Shown: positions 1 to 12,947, numbered from the stretch's first letter. The stretch: DNA of 64,000 nt from Octopus sinensis (GCF_006345805.1 NC_043002.1:111724001-111788000), one strand, 5' to 3'. Numbers and translations are program-made. Notes: generated by a model from the letters alone, not told the origin.

Positions 1-101
1 AAGACTTCTTTTTTAAAGCTTAATATTCTATCAGTTCTTTTGTCGAACTGCTATCTTACAGTGACATAAACACACCAACACCGGTTGTTAATCGGTGGTA
101 G

Positions 102-133
<32 letters not shown>

Positions 134-139
134 ACACAC

Positions 140-183
<44 letters not shown>

Positions 184-201
184 ACACACACAACACACAT
201 G

Positions 202-310
202 ACAGGCTTTCAATTTCCGTCTACCAAATTCACCCACAAGGCTTTGGACGGCCCGAGGCTATAGTAGAATACAGTTGCCCAAGGTCACACGCAGTGGGAC
301 TGAACTCGGA
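202..310 (-). mobile_element. SINE family A, partial diverged copy
   Basis: Reverse complement of family A head/body (tttccgtctaccaaattcacccacaaggct...cagtgggactgaac). Confidence 0.8.
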
Positions 311-933
311 ATCAATCCTATAGAAATAATATAAATTGAAACATATCCGGCTAGCATCTTCAAAGGAAAATAGAATATAGTAAATGAAAATAAAACCGAA
401 TTTAAATAAATGTAAAAATGGGTTATAAGATGAAAAGGAAGAATATGTGATCGAGAACGTGAAATTCGAATGACTTAATTTGAGGTACCGGATGCAATAA
501 CCATTAATAACTGTCGGCCTGTGGCATTGAGGACTGTTTTGAACTTGTCGCTTGTTCCCACGTACACTATAGAGACCTACATACACTTATGTATATATAT
601 ATACATATATATATATGTGTGTGTGTGTGTGTGCAATATTGATATTTCGTGTGCATTCTTGTAAGTACCTTCGCCTGTGAAGGTAGAAAGAAATTGATTT
701 TGTGTGACAATTTAATAAATTTTCAAGATCAATAGCCTTTCCACAGTGCAAAGATTACTAAAACATTTGATTTATCACTTAATAACAAAACTTATATTAT
801 TATTTACAATGACATGTTTTGTGTCCATTGTTTTTCAGAATATTGTAGATGATTATGAAGTCGGCCCTGAAATTGGTTTGTGATCACACTCATATAATCA
901 GTATCATTTCGGTTAATATTTCTTGGCAGTAAC

Positions 934-970
<37 letters not shown>

Positions 971-996
971 CATACACACACCACACACACACACAC

Positions 997-1037
<41 letters not shown>

Positions 1038-1152
1038 AGTTGAGTAGTATAATTTTTGTTGTGGTCGGTCAGAAAGTTATTGGTCTCATTTCGACTGTTG
1101 CACTAGGCAATATAGGTTGCACATAACCTCTTTACTTATAGACAGCTGGCTG

Positions 1153-1188
<36 letters not shown>

Positions 1189-1190
<2 letters not shown>

Positions 1191-1338
1191 CTGTGTGGTA
1201 AGTAGCTTGTTTACCAACCACATGGTTCCGGGTTCAGTCCCACTGCATGGCACCTTGGGCAAGTGTCTCCTACTATGCCGCGGGCCAACCAAAGCCTTGT
1301 GAGTGGATTTGGTAGACGGAAACTGAAAGAAGCCCGTC

Positions 1339-1381
<43 letters not shown>

Positions 1382-1596
1382 TGTGTGTGTTTGTGTGTCT
1401 GTGTTTGTCCCCCTAGCATTGCTTGACAACCGATGCTGTTGGTTATGTCTCCGTTACTAGCGGTTCGGCAAAAAAGACCGATAGAATAAGTACTGGGCTT
1501 ACAAAAGAATAATTTCCGGGGTCGAGCTGCTCGATTAAAGGCGGTGCTCCAGCATGGCCGCAGTCCAATGACTGAAACAAGTAAAAGAATAAAGAA
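1189..1596 (+). mobile_element. tRNA-derived SINE family A with internal microsatellite
   Basis: Pol III box-like head (ggctgtgtggtaag...ggttcagtccc), CORE-like accttgggcaagtg, internal (TA)n/(TG)n, tail ending gaaacaagtaaaaga; >10 copies in window. Confidence 0.9.
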
Positions 1597-2278
1597 TATA
1601 TATATATATGTGTGTGTGTGTATACAAGTATACACACGCACATATATATGTATACAAATGCACTACACACGCACACACACATAGTAAAATAAGGATTCAG
1701 ATAGGTATTTGAAAAGATATGCACCACGGAGGGTTGGATAAACCTGTGGTTCCAGCCTACGGTTGGTAAATATCAAATAGGATATACCAGGTATGTACAC
1801 AGAGAAAACCAACCCTATTTGTATTTAGCACCTAAGGGCTGGTCCAAACCAGCATTAATTAGTTGGTATGTTGTTGGTATACTCTAGGGTGTGCGACGAG
1901 TCGTAAATCCTCTTGTATTATAATCAAACAATGAATAAGTGTCTGCTCATTACTGCTGTTTCTTATTAGCGGTTGGGAGGCAGTTGCCGGCAACCATGGA
2001 GATTGGCGACGTACCGTAAAAGAGGGAATACAAAGGAGTGACAGAGAGAGAGAGAGAGAGAGGAGAAATGGAAAGACAAGAAAAGACGTCAACAAGAAAC
2101 CATGGCATTACAACCAGCCAGGAACAGTCTTCGCTACATTTGCGGTACCTGCCAGAGTGAGTGTTTGTCCAGGATAGGACTACACAGCCACAGCAGGAAA
2201 TGTATCAGGACATGAAATGTAAAAGCCGGACTGGACTATTTTATGCGCAACTCCGTTGTCTCCCGAGACAAAAAGGAT

Positions 2279-2363
2279 GCCAACTGCTGTTTCTTGCGCA
2301 TCATTTTAATCGAAGAATGAGAACATTACTCCATTACAAACAAAAAACCGTAATCATCAGATG
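2279..2363 (-). ncRNA. Degenerate hammerhead ribozyme motif
   Basis: Minus strand CTGATGA-TTAC..GCAA-GAAAC-AGCA-GTT; stem I poorly paired; 60-nt stem II domain. Confidence 0.4.
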
Positions 2364-2503
2364 AAACGTAACTTTACAAACAAAAGAATATCCCAAGAAT
2401 ACGGCAGGGGTCTGGCTGAAATCTGTCGAGGCCAACTATGAAATGGAAGAATGACCAACAAAGTTGATTATTATTATTATTGATATTTTAATAGTTATTA
2501 TTG

Positions 2504-2888
2504 TGGAAGCACTCCGTCGGTTACGACGACGAGGGTTCCGGTTGATCCGAATCAACGGAACAGCCAGCTCGTGAAATTAACGTGTAAGTGGCTGAGCACT
2601 CCACAGACACGTGTACCCTTAACGTAGTTCTCGGGGATATTCAGCGTGACACAGAGAGTGACAAGGCCGGCCCCTTGAAATACAGGTACAACAGAAACAG
2701 GAAGTAAGAGTGAGAGAAAGTTGTGGTGAAAGAGTACAGCAGGGATCACCACCATACCCTGCCGGAGCCTCGTGGAGCTTTTAGGTGTTTTCGCTCAATA
2801 AACACTCACAACGCCCGGTCTGGGAATCGAAACTGCGATCCTATGACCGCGAGTCCGCTGCCCTAACCACTGGGCCATTGCGCCTCCA
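2504..2888 (-). mobile_element. tRNA-derived SINE family B
   Basis: Head ggcgcaatggcccagtggttagggc...ggactcgcggtc...gtttcgattccc; TSD taatagttattatt; 5 copies in window. Confidence 0.92.
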
Positions 2889-2928
2889 CATAATAGTTAT
2901 TATTACTGTAATAATAATTATTATTATT

Positions 2929-3460
2929 GAGTGAGAGAGCAGTGCATGCCATCAAAGTGACACTGGGGTAAAATATACTAAGACCAGTATACCCATCATG
3001 ACTACTCGTCTCACAACCATATGTTCGCGACATGGTGATCTCATATCAAGATAAACAGCGCATGACCTAGCGGGTGGGGACCGAGTTAGAATTTTCTTCA
3101 GGTCGAGTAGCCGATCCCGCTCAAAAGGTCCCTGAATAAGGGTTGTTTAAGGATGCTGAACGAAACACCCATGTTTCCAGAGGATGAATTATTCAAACCC
3201 CCAAAGAATCCCTCTCAACACATGGCCATGATGCTTCCCCACTACTTCTACTCGTGATCAGAGATGCACATATCGTCAGCCACTGAGGGACATGCTCAAC
3301 TGGTTAAGGTCAAACAACTGACAAGCAAATCTGTGGTATTGAGCAGAATATTTGCTGTAGCCCATCATTTGTACCAATGTATCTACTAACACTTCCAGTC
3401 GTTAGTATGTACATAAGATGAGAAACCATGAGAGCGACTGCCTGGTATTGCATCAGAGCT
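2929..3460. repeat. Interspersed-repeat-like segment flanked by (TTA)n/(TTG)n, possibly a LINE/SINE 3' end
   Basis: Higher-GC segment bounded by trinucleotide repeats on both sides; no ORF. Confidence 0.35.
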
Positions 3461-3506
3461 TCTTGTTATTATTATTAGTTGTTGTTGTTGTTGTTTTCAT
3501 ATAATA

Positions 3507-3900
3507 CTAGCAGTATCGCCCGGCGTTGCTCGGGTTTCTAAGGGAAATAACTATATAAGCATTTTTAGAGATGTAAAGTATAATAGCCATCTCAATATGG
3601 CTAACCACAAGGGGGGGGGGTTAATGTAGCTTTTTACGTTCTGAGATTTAATAATAAATTTTTAGAGAGTTACTTCCCTTATATATGCCAAAAATGCATT
3701 AAAAATGGGAAAATTTGATGGTATTTATTTTTTAATCGTAGACTCATCGCAGACGCGCGCTAATACCCAGAAGGGCTCGATATGAATCACGACAATAAGA
3801 TATCCGGTTTTGGTTAAACTGCACCGCAAAATGTGGGAGTAGTTAGGAATCTAAATCGTAGGAGACAGACAGCATACAACCTCACTTTTATATATAAAGA
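3507..3900 (-). mobile_element. Non-autonomous Helitron
   Basis: Minus strand starts TC, ends with hairpin CCCGAGCAACGCCGGG then CTAG; inserted between A and T; no TSD. Confidence 0.85.
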
Positions 3901-4632
3901 TTTCCTGTTTATATCCTGCATTATTAAGAGCTGAATTGTAAAAATGAGAGTACGAATTGTAAATATCTTTTATGACTTTCTCAGTGTTAGACCATAAATT
4001 AAGTTTAATTTTTGAAGTAAGTTTAGGTATGGTCTTTGATATCCAATCTGGTATTTCCACTAACTCCGTACTAGGTGTAGTTTGTTACATAATCACATTC
4101 TTCTTTAAACTCCTTAATGATTAGTAGTACTCTATTATTACTAACTCTACAATTCCATAAAAGTTAGATCTTATTATTCGATTGCCTACGTACTCTCCCC
4201 AACTTTCAACCAATATCCACAGAATACCCCCTAAATTCTGTGTATCTCTAGCTCCCTCCCTCCCTTTGTCTTTTAGCCTTAGCTAGCGAATCCTAAAGCC
4301 CGACCCTATACCATAATTGACTTGTATGCTTTTATTTTTCTTCACCCTTACTTTTGCTTTATTCTTTCTTTTTTTTAATCCTTAATTCATATTAGAACCT
4401 CTCATTGCTTCCCACTGCTGTAAGCCTACAATAGTAAAATATCACCCACACCCGACTCCAGCTTACCTAAGAACCAGTCTAGCAGACTCCTATCCCACCC
4501 GGGCCACTCACCGTAGATATTATATTACACACTTTCAAGAACTATATTCTTAACCTCTCAAAGGCCAACTTCGTTGGTCATTCTTCCATTTCTTAGTTGG
4601 CCTCGATAGATTTCAGCCACACCCCTGCCGGA
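3901..4632 (-). mobile_element. Penelope-like element relic
   Basis: Translated LNLWSNTEKVI and FYNSALNNAGY resemble PLE RT-region motifs; 4566-4630 is an inverted match to 2401-2466. Confidence 0.55.
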
Positions 4633-4659
4633 AACTGGAAGAAGCTCGTCGTATATATA

Positions 4660-4930
4660 TATTAATAAATATAAGGGTAGCAAAAAATTCTAGAAAAAAT
4701 TGTCTGCTACCAGCGGTCTAGTGAGAAAGAAAAGATAGTCAAAGACTATATAATATACATTCGACTCACTAGAAAGAGCAGCCAAACTCAAACCGCTAAA
4801 TAGTTGTAATTCTGAAATAGAAAGAGAAATAAAAACTTTTACCCCTTTCATCTCTGGACTATGCATAGTTTCGGCAAACTTTGGTAAGTAAATTAATTAA
4901 ATTAAATTAAATTCATTTACATCTGTTGGT
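4660..4930 (-). mobile_element. Probable PLE terminal-repeat tail with 3' half of a hammerhead
   Basis: Minus strand CCGAAAC-TATGCATA-GTC at about 4855-4874; flanked by (TA)n on both sides. Confidence 0.45.
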
Positions 4931-5010
4931 TGTATATATATATATATATATATATAGAAATATTAAAATAACTAAGTCTCTCTAAAAGAGAACAGCGGCA
5001 GCGTTCCCGG

Positions 5011-5434
5011 AAAATAATAGTTATCGCCATACTAATATGGCATTCTTATAAAAATAAGAAAAAAGCTGTCCGCTTATTAGCTCCATGAGGCCATCGCCTT
5101 AAGTTAGCTATTTGATACACAAACTGTATCCATATAACCTTCGAACAAGTGGATGTATTCCACCGAAACTAGGTAAATAAAACCATCGAACAGAGATTGT
5201 CGGAAGCGACACCTACTGGCTGGCTACGCTGCATTGAAAAGGGGCAATACCCCGAAACGCGTCTCAGCTGCCGGTCTAGTAGTGTGGAGCGACTGACCTC
5301 CCTTGTTCGAAGGTTATATGGAACAGTTTGTGTATCAAATAGCTAACTTAAGCGATGGCCCTCAGGAGCTAATAGCGGACGACAGCTTTTTTCTTATTTT
5401 TATAAGAATGCCATATTAGTATGGCGATAACTAT

Positions 5435-5440
<6 letters not shown>
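5011..5440 (+). mobile_element. Fold-back element (arms 5011-5149 / 5302-5440) with hammerhead-like motif in spacer
   Basis: About 139-bp inverted arms; spacer contains GCTGCA-TTGAAAA-GGGG CAATA CCCC-GAAAC GC GTC-TCAGC; abuts (TA)n. Confidence 0.8.
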
Positions 5441-5471
<31 letters not shown>

Positions 5472-5472
<1 letters not shown>

Positions 5473-5633
5473 GACGAGCTTCTTCCAGTTTCCGTCTGCC
5501 AAATCCACTCACAAGGCTTGGTTGGCCCGAGGCTATTGTAGAAGACACTTGCCCGAGATGCCACGCAGTGGGACTGAACCTGGAACCATGTGGTTGGTAA
5601 ACAAGCTACTTACTACACAGCCACTCCTGCGCC
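5472..5633 (-). mobile_element. SINE family A, 5' half
   Basis: Reverse complement of family A head up to the internal microsatellite. Confidence 0.85.
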
Positions 5634-5810
5634 TTGTTCACTCAAAGTAAATCTTGACTAAGCAGTTTACTATAAGTAAATGTGGCTTTCAGAATTTTTC
5701 CTGTAGTGATGTCCTGTTGGGAAATGTTATATCACGCGATCTTTCTAGTATATCCTTACTTCTCTGTGTTTGTCAATTAAATGCTGTTTTTTATGCCAAA
5801 TTTATATGCT

Positions 5811-5910
5811 NNNNNNNNNNNNNNNNNNNNNNNNNNNNNNNNNNNNNNNNNNNNNNNNNNNNNNNNNNNNNNNNNNNNNNNNNNNNNNNNNNNNNNNNNN
5901 NNNNNNNNNN
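5811..5910. other. Assembly gap (100 N)
   Basis: Run of 100 n. Confidence 1.
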
Positions 5911-6411
5911 CGAATTGTATGATAAAGAACATTAAAGAAAAACACTCAAAAACAAATTTCCTTTCATATATAGCTTAGCCATAGTAGGAAGAGCAGTACC
6001 CATAATTTTTTGCGGGAACATGCAAAATTATTAGAGGTATACGGGAAAGTTACTTTCAAAGCACTATACCAGGACACTATACTTGAAACAGAGTGAACTC
6101 CGCTGAAAACATCCAAGAGTCAGAAATGATATTAAACCAAGGATGCCGCCACCCGCATTCAACTTTGAAACTGTTCACTGACGGTTCTAAAAATGGACAA
6201 GGTCAAAATAATAGTTTAAACGTTCGGAGTAAAACGTTAATTTAATGCAAGTTACAAACCCAAGAATTTGTAAAATTAAAGGTTCATTCTTTTCTTTATT
6301 ATAACATGCAACTCCAGAGACTTTTCATGTACTTGTAAGTCTCCACTGGTAAGAAAATGGTTGCGATCACCGGATTAAATGCTGAGTGACTTTTAATCTG
6401 TTGAAAGTATA

Positions 6412-6808
6412 TCTTTATATATAAAAGTGAGGTTGTGTGCTGTCTGTCTCCTACGATTTAGATTCCTAACTACTCCCACATTTTGCGGTGCAGTTTAACC
6501 AAAACCGGGTATCTTATAGTCGTGATTCATATCGAGCCCTTCTGGGTATTGGCGCGCGTCTACGATGAGTTTACGATTTAAAAAAAAAATTACCATCAAT
6601 TTTTCCCATTTTTAATGCATTTTTGGCATATATAAGGGAAGTAACTCTCTAAAAATTTATTATTTAATCTCAAAACGTAAAAAGCTACAGTAACACCCCC
6701 CCTTTGTGGTTAGCCATTTTGAGATGGCTATTATACTTTACATCTCTAAAAAAAGCTTATATAGTTATTTCCCTTACAAACCCAAGCAACGCCGGGCGAT
6801 ACTGCTAG
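6412..6808 (+). mobile_element. Non-autonomous Helitron
   Basis: A|TCTTTATATATAAAA start; cccaagcaacgccggg hairpin; CTAG|T end; closely matches 3507-3900. Confidence 0.88.
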
Positions 6809-7122
6809 TTTGTACTAAACGTACAAAAGATACCCGTACAGTGCAAGAGTTACCAGATTAACGAATGTTGGTAACAGAATTCAAAGATCATAAAATGAAA
6901 AACAACTGTATTATAACAGAAACTGGAACGGATAATTGACTAATCATAAAAGATATATGTCTCTGCAACAGGATTAAAATACATCAAAATATGATGAGTA
7001 GAAGTATGTACGCATGCGTATGCAAACAAATATTTAAACACAGAAACACACACACATACACACACACACACACACATGCACACACACACAATATGCATAC
7101 ACACTCATCACCAACCTAGAAA

Positions 7123-7506
7123 TGGAAGCACTCCGTCGGTTACGACGACGAGGGTTCCGGTTGATCCGAATCAACGGAACAGCCTGCTCGTGAAATTAAC
7201 GTGTAAGTGGCTGAGCACTCCACAGACACGTGTACCCTTAACGTAGTTCTCGGGGATATTCAGCGTGACACAGAGAGTGACAAGGCCGGCCCTTTGAAAT
7301 ACAGGTACAACAGAAACAGGAAGTAAGAGTGAGAGAAAGTTGTGGTGAAAGAGTACAGCAGGGATCACCACCATCCCCTGCCGGAGCCTCGTGGAGCTTT
7401 AGATGTTTTCGCTCAATAAACACTCACAACGCCCGGTCTGGGAATCGAAACCGAGATCCTACGACCGCGAGTCCGCTGCCCTAACCACTGGGCCATTGCG
7501 CCTCCA
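7123..7506 (-). mobile_element. SINE family B with very long target-site duplication
   Basis: Full-length copy; cacacaatatgcatacacactcatcaccaacctagaaat on both sides. Confidence 0.93.
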
Positions 7507-7837
7507 CACAATATGCATACACACTCATCACCAACCTAGAAATATAACAAATGCACATGTGAATGTGTATTTATGACAAGGAATTTATAGTTGTAAATTC
7601 AAGTGTGTTTCTTGAAGAAATCATTTCAAAAGCGAGCGTTAGTTTTCTTTTCCAACTGTAAACATCACGAGAGAGAGAGAGAGAGAGAGAAGGGGGAAGG
7701 GGAGAGAGAAGGGGGAAGGAGAGAGAGCAGAGGGTGGGAGAGGGAGAGAGAAAAAGGGGAGAGAGGTGGGTGGAAGAGAAAATGAGATAGACAAAAAAAA
7801 CAGAAAGAGAGGTTGAGAGGAAAGAAGTTAAGAGTAT

Positions 7838-7878
<41 letters not shown>

Positions 7879-8266
7879 AAGAGAGAGAGAGAGAGAGAAA
7901 AAGAGAGACTACTTTACCATGTCTAGCTCATTGATTCTGTAGGATGTTGCCAGAACACTTCAACATCTAATCTCAGACGTGAAAACTTCAGTTATATAAT
8001 AATTTGTTGAAAATGGTTTCCTGTTGACGCAATTTCTATTAAATTTTTGATTTTGTTCTAAGTATATTAAAAATACTCTACTACGGTTTTCATCGCTCTT
8101 GTTCACATACATACATACATACATACATACATACATACATTCATACATACATACATACATACATACATACAGACAGACAGACACGTACATACATACATAC
8201 ATACATACATACATTCATTCATACATACATACATACATACATACATACCATACATTCATTCATACA

Positions 8267-8541
8267 CTAGCAGTATCGCCCGGCGTTGCTCGGGTTTGTA
8301 AGGGAAATAACTATATAAGCATTTTTAGAGAGTTATAGCCAAAAAATAGCAAAAAAATGCATAAAAATTGAAAAAAAATTAAGGTAAATTTTTCTTAAAT
8401 CGTTGACAAATCGTAGATTTTTAGAGAGTTACTTCCCTTATATAAAAGCGAAAAAATGCATTAAAATGGAAAAATATGATCGTAATTTTTTTTTAAATCG
8501 TAGACTCATCGTAGACGCGCGCTAATACCCTGAAGGGCTCG
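8267..8541 (-). mobile_element. Non-autonomous Helitron, 3' part
   Basis: ctagcagtatcgcccggcgttgctcggg end plus internally duplicated subrepeat. Confidence 0.8.
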
Positions 8542-10029
8542 TTGTTATTCTGGGTAACTTTCTGTAAAATTATTAAAATTTGTTCAAACATCGCTATAGA
8601 AAATGGGTTATTAGCTAATATTCAATTGGGTATATACAACAAAATTTTACGATAGAATTTGTTATCTGGGTAACTTTCTGATACCCATAATAATATTTAT
8701 GGCAAAATAGGCCTTAATTTCATTTAAGGTTGTGGGAAATAACAAACTATCGTTTCTTTCGTTTTTTGTTTACGTTTAGCGTAACAGTTCGTTTCTGCCG
8801 TAATGATTTCAAATGGGCTCATTCGAAAAAGTAAATAGAAATAGTGTAAGGCTTTACTCTTCTGGGAAAGTCTGTGGCTTGGTGCGTTTCTTCAGAAAAA
8901 TCACCGAAAGAAACAGTTTTTAAATTTTCACTCCATTCAGGTGCTAATTCGTGTTCTTAATCGCTGTCGGATTCACTGTTTTCACTTTAATAGCTGCCAA
9001 AACTTGCAAAGGACAAAGGAGGAGAAGGGTGATAGCGTCAGTGAAAACAATTCGCTCCCTTGTGTGTGTGTGCGTTTGCGTTGGTTGTAAACCAGGACTA
9101 AGAAAAGCATTGACACACACACCAGAATGTGAGTTTTCTGTAAATTTTGCTTAATTGGAGTTTTAATTTTAAAAACTGGACCTGGCATGACGCGATGCAT
9201 TGTACTCTTAAAACTGCTAGGTAAATTGTAATTGAAGAAATCCTATATTGTAGATTTGTATAACTCCCAAAGGGAGGCAGATAAAATCTGCCTTTTATAA
9301 TAAGAGATACATACATACATACAGACATACAGACAGACAGACAGACGTACATACATACATACATACATACATATACATACATACATACATACATAACATA
9401 CATAAATACATACATACATATATACATACATACATACAGACAGACATACAGGACAGACAGACAGACATGCTTATATTTGCAAAGGAAAGAAAAAAAGGCG
9501 CTCATTACATAGTTTAGAGTTTACATTTTCTGGGAAACAGCGGATTAATTCAATTACTCTTATTTTGGTATCTGAAACTTTTCAATTTGGTAAAACTTAC
9601 TAGGATGGCTTCGTCCAAGGATAATAACAAAATGAACAAAATACCACCACACACATTAGGAGTAATTTCATACCGCTCAATATTATACCGGTATCATGAT
9701 CACTAATTGTGGGGAATTCTCGTCTGATGTCCATGGGGTTTTTTTTTAATGATTTAGAAATTAATGGTGAAAGTCCACAATATCGAATTGAGTGGATGTG
9801 CTCGAGAGTATGTTTTACAGACATAAAATTATTGTTACTCGCCAATGGATTTTTTTTTCTTATTGAGAAACCCAAGAGACATTATCTATCTCGCAAAACC
9901 GGCAACAACCAATGAAAATGCGCCCAAACACCAATTAAATGATTTGTAGTGTTTGTAATTTCATTGCTTTGCGTTGCCAGCCGAATCAAGGCCAGAACTG
10001 AGTTCGAACAGGTAACTCGAAACACTTCA

Positions 10030-10600
10030 TATATGCCTTCTTTAATTTGAATTGTAAATTTTTAATAAATTTTAATTGATACTCTATTTGGGTTTAATGG
10101 TAATCCTAATTTTGAGGTTTATTGCATAGAGAATTCGATTTCTAACTATTCCCAATTCCCTCGTGCATTTAAGCCAGAGAGAAATTTAGTATGTGGCTCT
10201 TAAACGTAATAGACGATTTGTACATAGCATCGTGGTCCACAGTTTTAACTGAGAAACTTTCTATATTTATGATATTATTGATGGTAGAATATTATCTTTT
10301 TTTAATGTTCTGGTGATATTGTTCCTCTAGAGTTTAAAGTATGTTGTACTTTTTTTCTTCTGAAAATATCTGTGGATATTAGAATATTGTTTGAGGCTTC
10401 ATGTAATTATTCATGATGATTTAGAGGAAGTTGTTGTTGTTTTGATATATTATGGTGAATTCGCATTCGAAGTTTTCAAGTATAGTGCTACTTTTGAGTT
10501 TTAGATCTGTACATGTTTTCAGAGGTCCCAGAACAACATTTTAAAATTCTCGGAAGAGAAGAGAAACCTGAATTAATTTACTTTTTAATTTGGATGTCAC
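10030..10600 (-). mobile_element. Highly degenerate PLE RT-region relic
   Basis: Minus-strand remnants ITFKSH..NF and ELGIVRNRILYAINLKIR resemble the PLE ITLKDHK..NF / ELG.ISK.IL..IN motifs. Confidence 0.45.
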
Positions 10601-10864
10601 CACAGTATAATCAGGAAATTCTAGTAAGAAATTTCCCAATAGCATTCATATGCAATATGTTTTTCAATATCTTAATGTAGATTCCTGCATGAACAGCATC
10701 GCTTCTATAAATCATCTTTGATGAAGATATCACAAACTTCGATGGCTCCATTTATTAAAACAGCCATTAAAGTCATTTAACTGAAGATCAGAAATATCTA
10801 ATTGCCTTCAACAATGAAAATTCTTCGAACAACTCATACAAGTCCTTCTGATTCAAAACTGTAC

Positions 10865-12314
10865 CCAACGGACACACACTAGGTAGACTTAGAAAAGACT
10901 TAATTAGCGCTCTAGGCTCAATGGGACTCAAGATCACCGTTGAGACTAATCTCACCACAGCAGATTTCCTAGATGTTACTTCAGATCTGGGTTCTGGTAC
11001 ATACAGGTCCTATCACAAGCCAAACGAGTGGCTGTCCTATATTAACACAGCCTTCTGCCACCCCACTATAGTGTCAAAGAAGCTAGTGAAAGGTGTAAGC
11101 AAGATCTCGAATCTATCCTCTAGCCAAGATATTTTCGATGCCGCTGCCCCCTACTACAACGAGGCACTAGTTTCGAGTGGGTTTATGGATCGCATCTCCT
11201 ACACACCAGGCCCTAGCACCCGGAAAAAGAAGCGCTGCAGAAACGTCGTTTGGTTTTCCCCACCCTTCTCACTCAACGTTAAGACTTGTGTGGGAAGGAT
11301 TTTCCTAAGATAAGCACTTCACACAGACACATAGATACAGGCATTTATTTAAAAGCACAACCAAAGAGTCTCCTTTAGTCGTGCATCTAACATAAAAAAT
11401 ATTTTAACAAACATCCACAATAAAAGGGCGGAGGCAGGTCACTCTTGCAGGGTATAAAATAGCTGTCCAGTTGGAGGCCGATGCGAGGACGAAGAGGATA
11501 TCTATGAAGCTACACTGACACCTAGAACTGCCACCCGCATTACCAGTAATGTACCATCCAACAACAATGATGACACCGGAGGTGATGACAGTAGCAGATT
11601 AACTAGCTCTAACGCCATCGACCCCGGTACAGTCGCCACACCCAGAGATGATGAACAGTCCGGGACCAGCAACACAGAGGAGGTAACCGACGACCCCAGT
11701 ACTACCACCACAGACGGTGACCAAACCATTATCATCGACACCAGCAGTGACCGGTCCTAAACTATATGTTACCATCAGCGGCAAGCTGGCAGAAACGTTA
11801 GCGCGCCGGACGAAATGCTTAGCGGTATTTCGTCTGTCGTTACGTTCTGAGTTCAAATTCCGCCGGGGTCGACTTTGCCTTTCATCCTCTCGGGGTAGAT
11901 AAATAAAGTACCAGTTTCGCACTGGGTCGATATAATCGACTTAATCCCTTTGTCTGTCCTTGTTTGTCCCCTCTATGTTTAGCCCCTTGTAGGCAATAAA
12001 GAAATATATATGTTACCATCAGCCACACTACCGCCGGCAGCATCAACGCTAAACATAAGACCAGAGACGAAAACCACGGCGATAACAAGTGCGGAGACGG
12101 CAGACGTGACCAACACCGCCGAATCTTTGCGCCATAACGACATCAACGCTGGTGATACCAACAACATCCTCAAGTCTGGAGCCTACCAGAGATACACCAG
12201 GAGTGTGAATACAGCCACCTCTCAAGCTTCTGAATATATATCGGATCAGCCAGGACATCTTTCAAACGACGCTTCCGCAACCACCAGTTGTCCTTCAGAG
12301 TCCCAGAAAGATGT

Positions 12315-12347
<33 letters not shown>

Positions 12348-12870
12348 CACACACACACAAACACACAAATACATACACACACACACACACATAAGACAAT
12401 TACAATGAATACGAAGATTAATACATCTGCATTTATACAGCATATTCGGTCTAAATTTTCCGACGTATGTTTCTACTGCATAGAAAGCTAGTAATTGTAT
12501 TTGTACCCAGCTATTTTCGACTGGTTAGCAACTTTTTTTTAGGGTTCGTCCACAGATATGGCCCGGAGCGAACTACGTATGTGTAGGCTTGGCTAATGTT
12601 ATTTTGTGACATTATCATAGTTTTTGAGAGAAAAGCATGTGAGTGGTGATTTGGAAACTTGGTGTGGCTATAAAATCTACAATATAGTTCGCTTCATCCA
12701 GTCTTTAGTTAGATTAAATTCGAAATAGAATATTTGACCTTTAGATAGGTCAAAGTGTATTTTTTCAAACCCGAGCCTTAGATGGACTGTGAATTGGTGA
12801 CCTTCCGATATTGCTACAACTACTGGCTATGAGGTATGAAGAACCTATTTATGAGGCCAATTCAAAATTT
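10865..12870 (+). mobile_element. Penelope-like element 3' region (RT C-terminus, linker, start of GIY-YIG), disrupted
   Basis: ORF 10921-11313: DFLDVT..L..G.Y..YHKPN, APYYNEAL..SGF, RNVVWFSPPFSLNVKT; downstream CPVGGRC..IYEATL. Confidence 0.85.
11778..12006 (+). mobile_element. SINE family C inserted in PLE, 17-bp TSD
   Basis: gcggcaagctggcagaaacgttag...gagttcaaattcc head; Meta-domain-like gccttt(c)atcctctcggggtagataaataaagtaccag; TSD tatatgttaccatcagc at 11763 and 12007. Confidence 0.88.
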
Positions 12871-12947
12871 TCTTGATATAATATATATATATATATTATA
12901 TATATATATATATGCATATATATAGAGATATATATATTATATATATA

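Noticed and set aside
2552-2755. Recurrent 67-aa ORF MVVIPAVLFHH as a multigene family
   Set aside because: Lies inside SINE family B; recurrence reflects SINE copy number
5654-5978. ORFs spanning 5811-5910
   Set aside because: They read through the N gap
3507-6808. One large composite transposon bounded by inverted 400-bp repeats
   Set aside because: The repeats are two independent Helitron copies in opposite orientation, and an assembly gap lies between them
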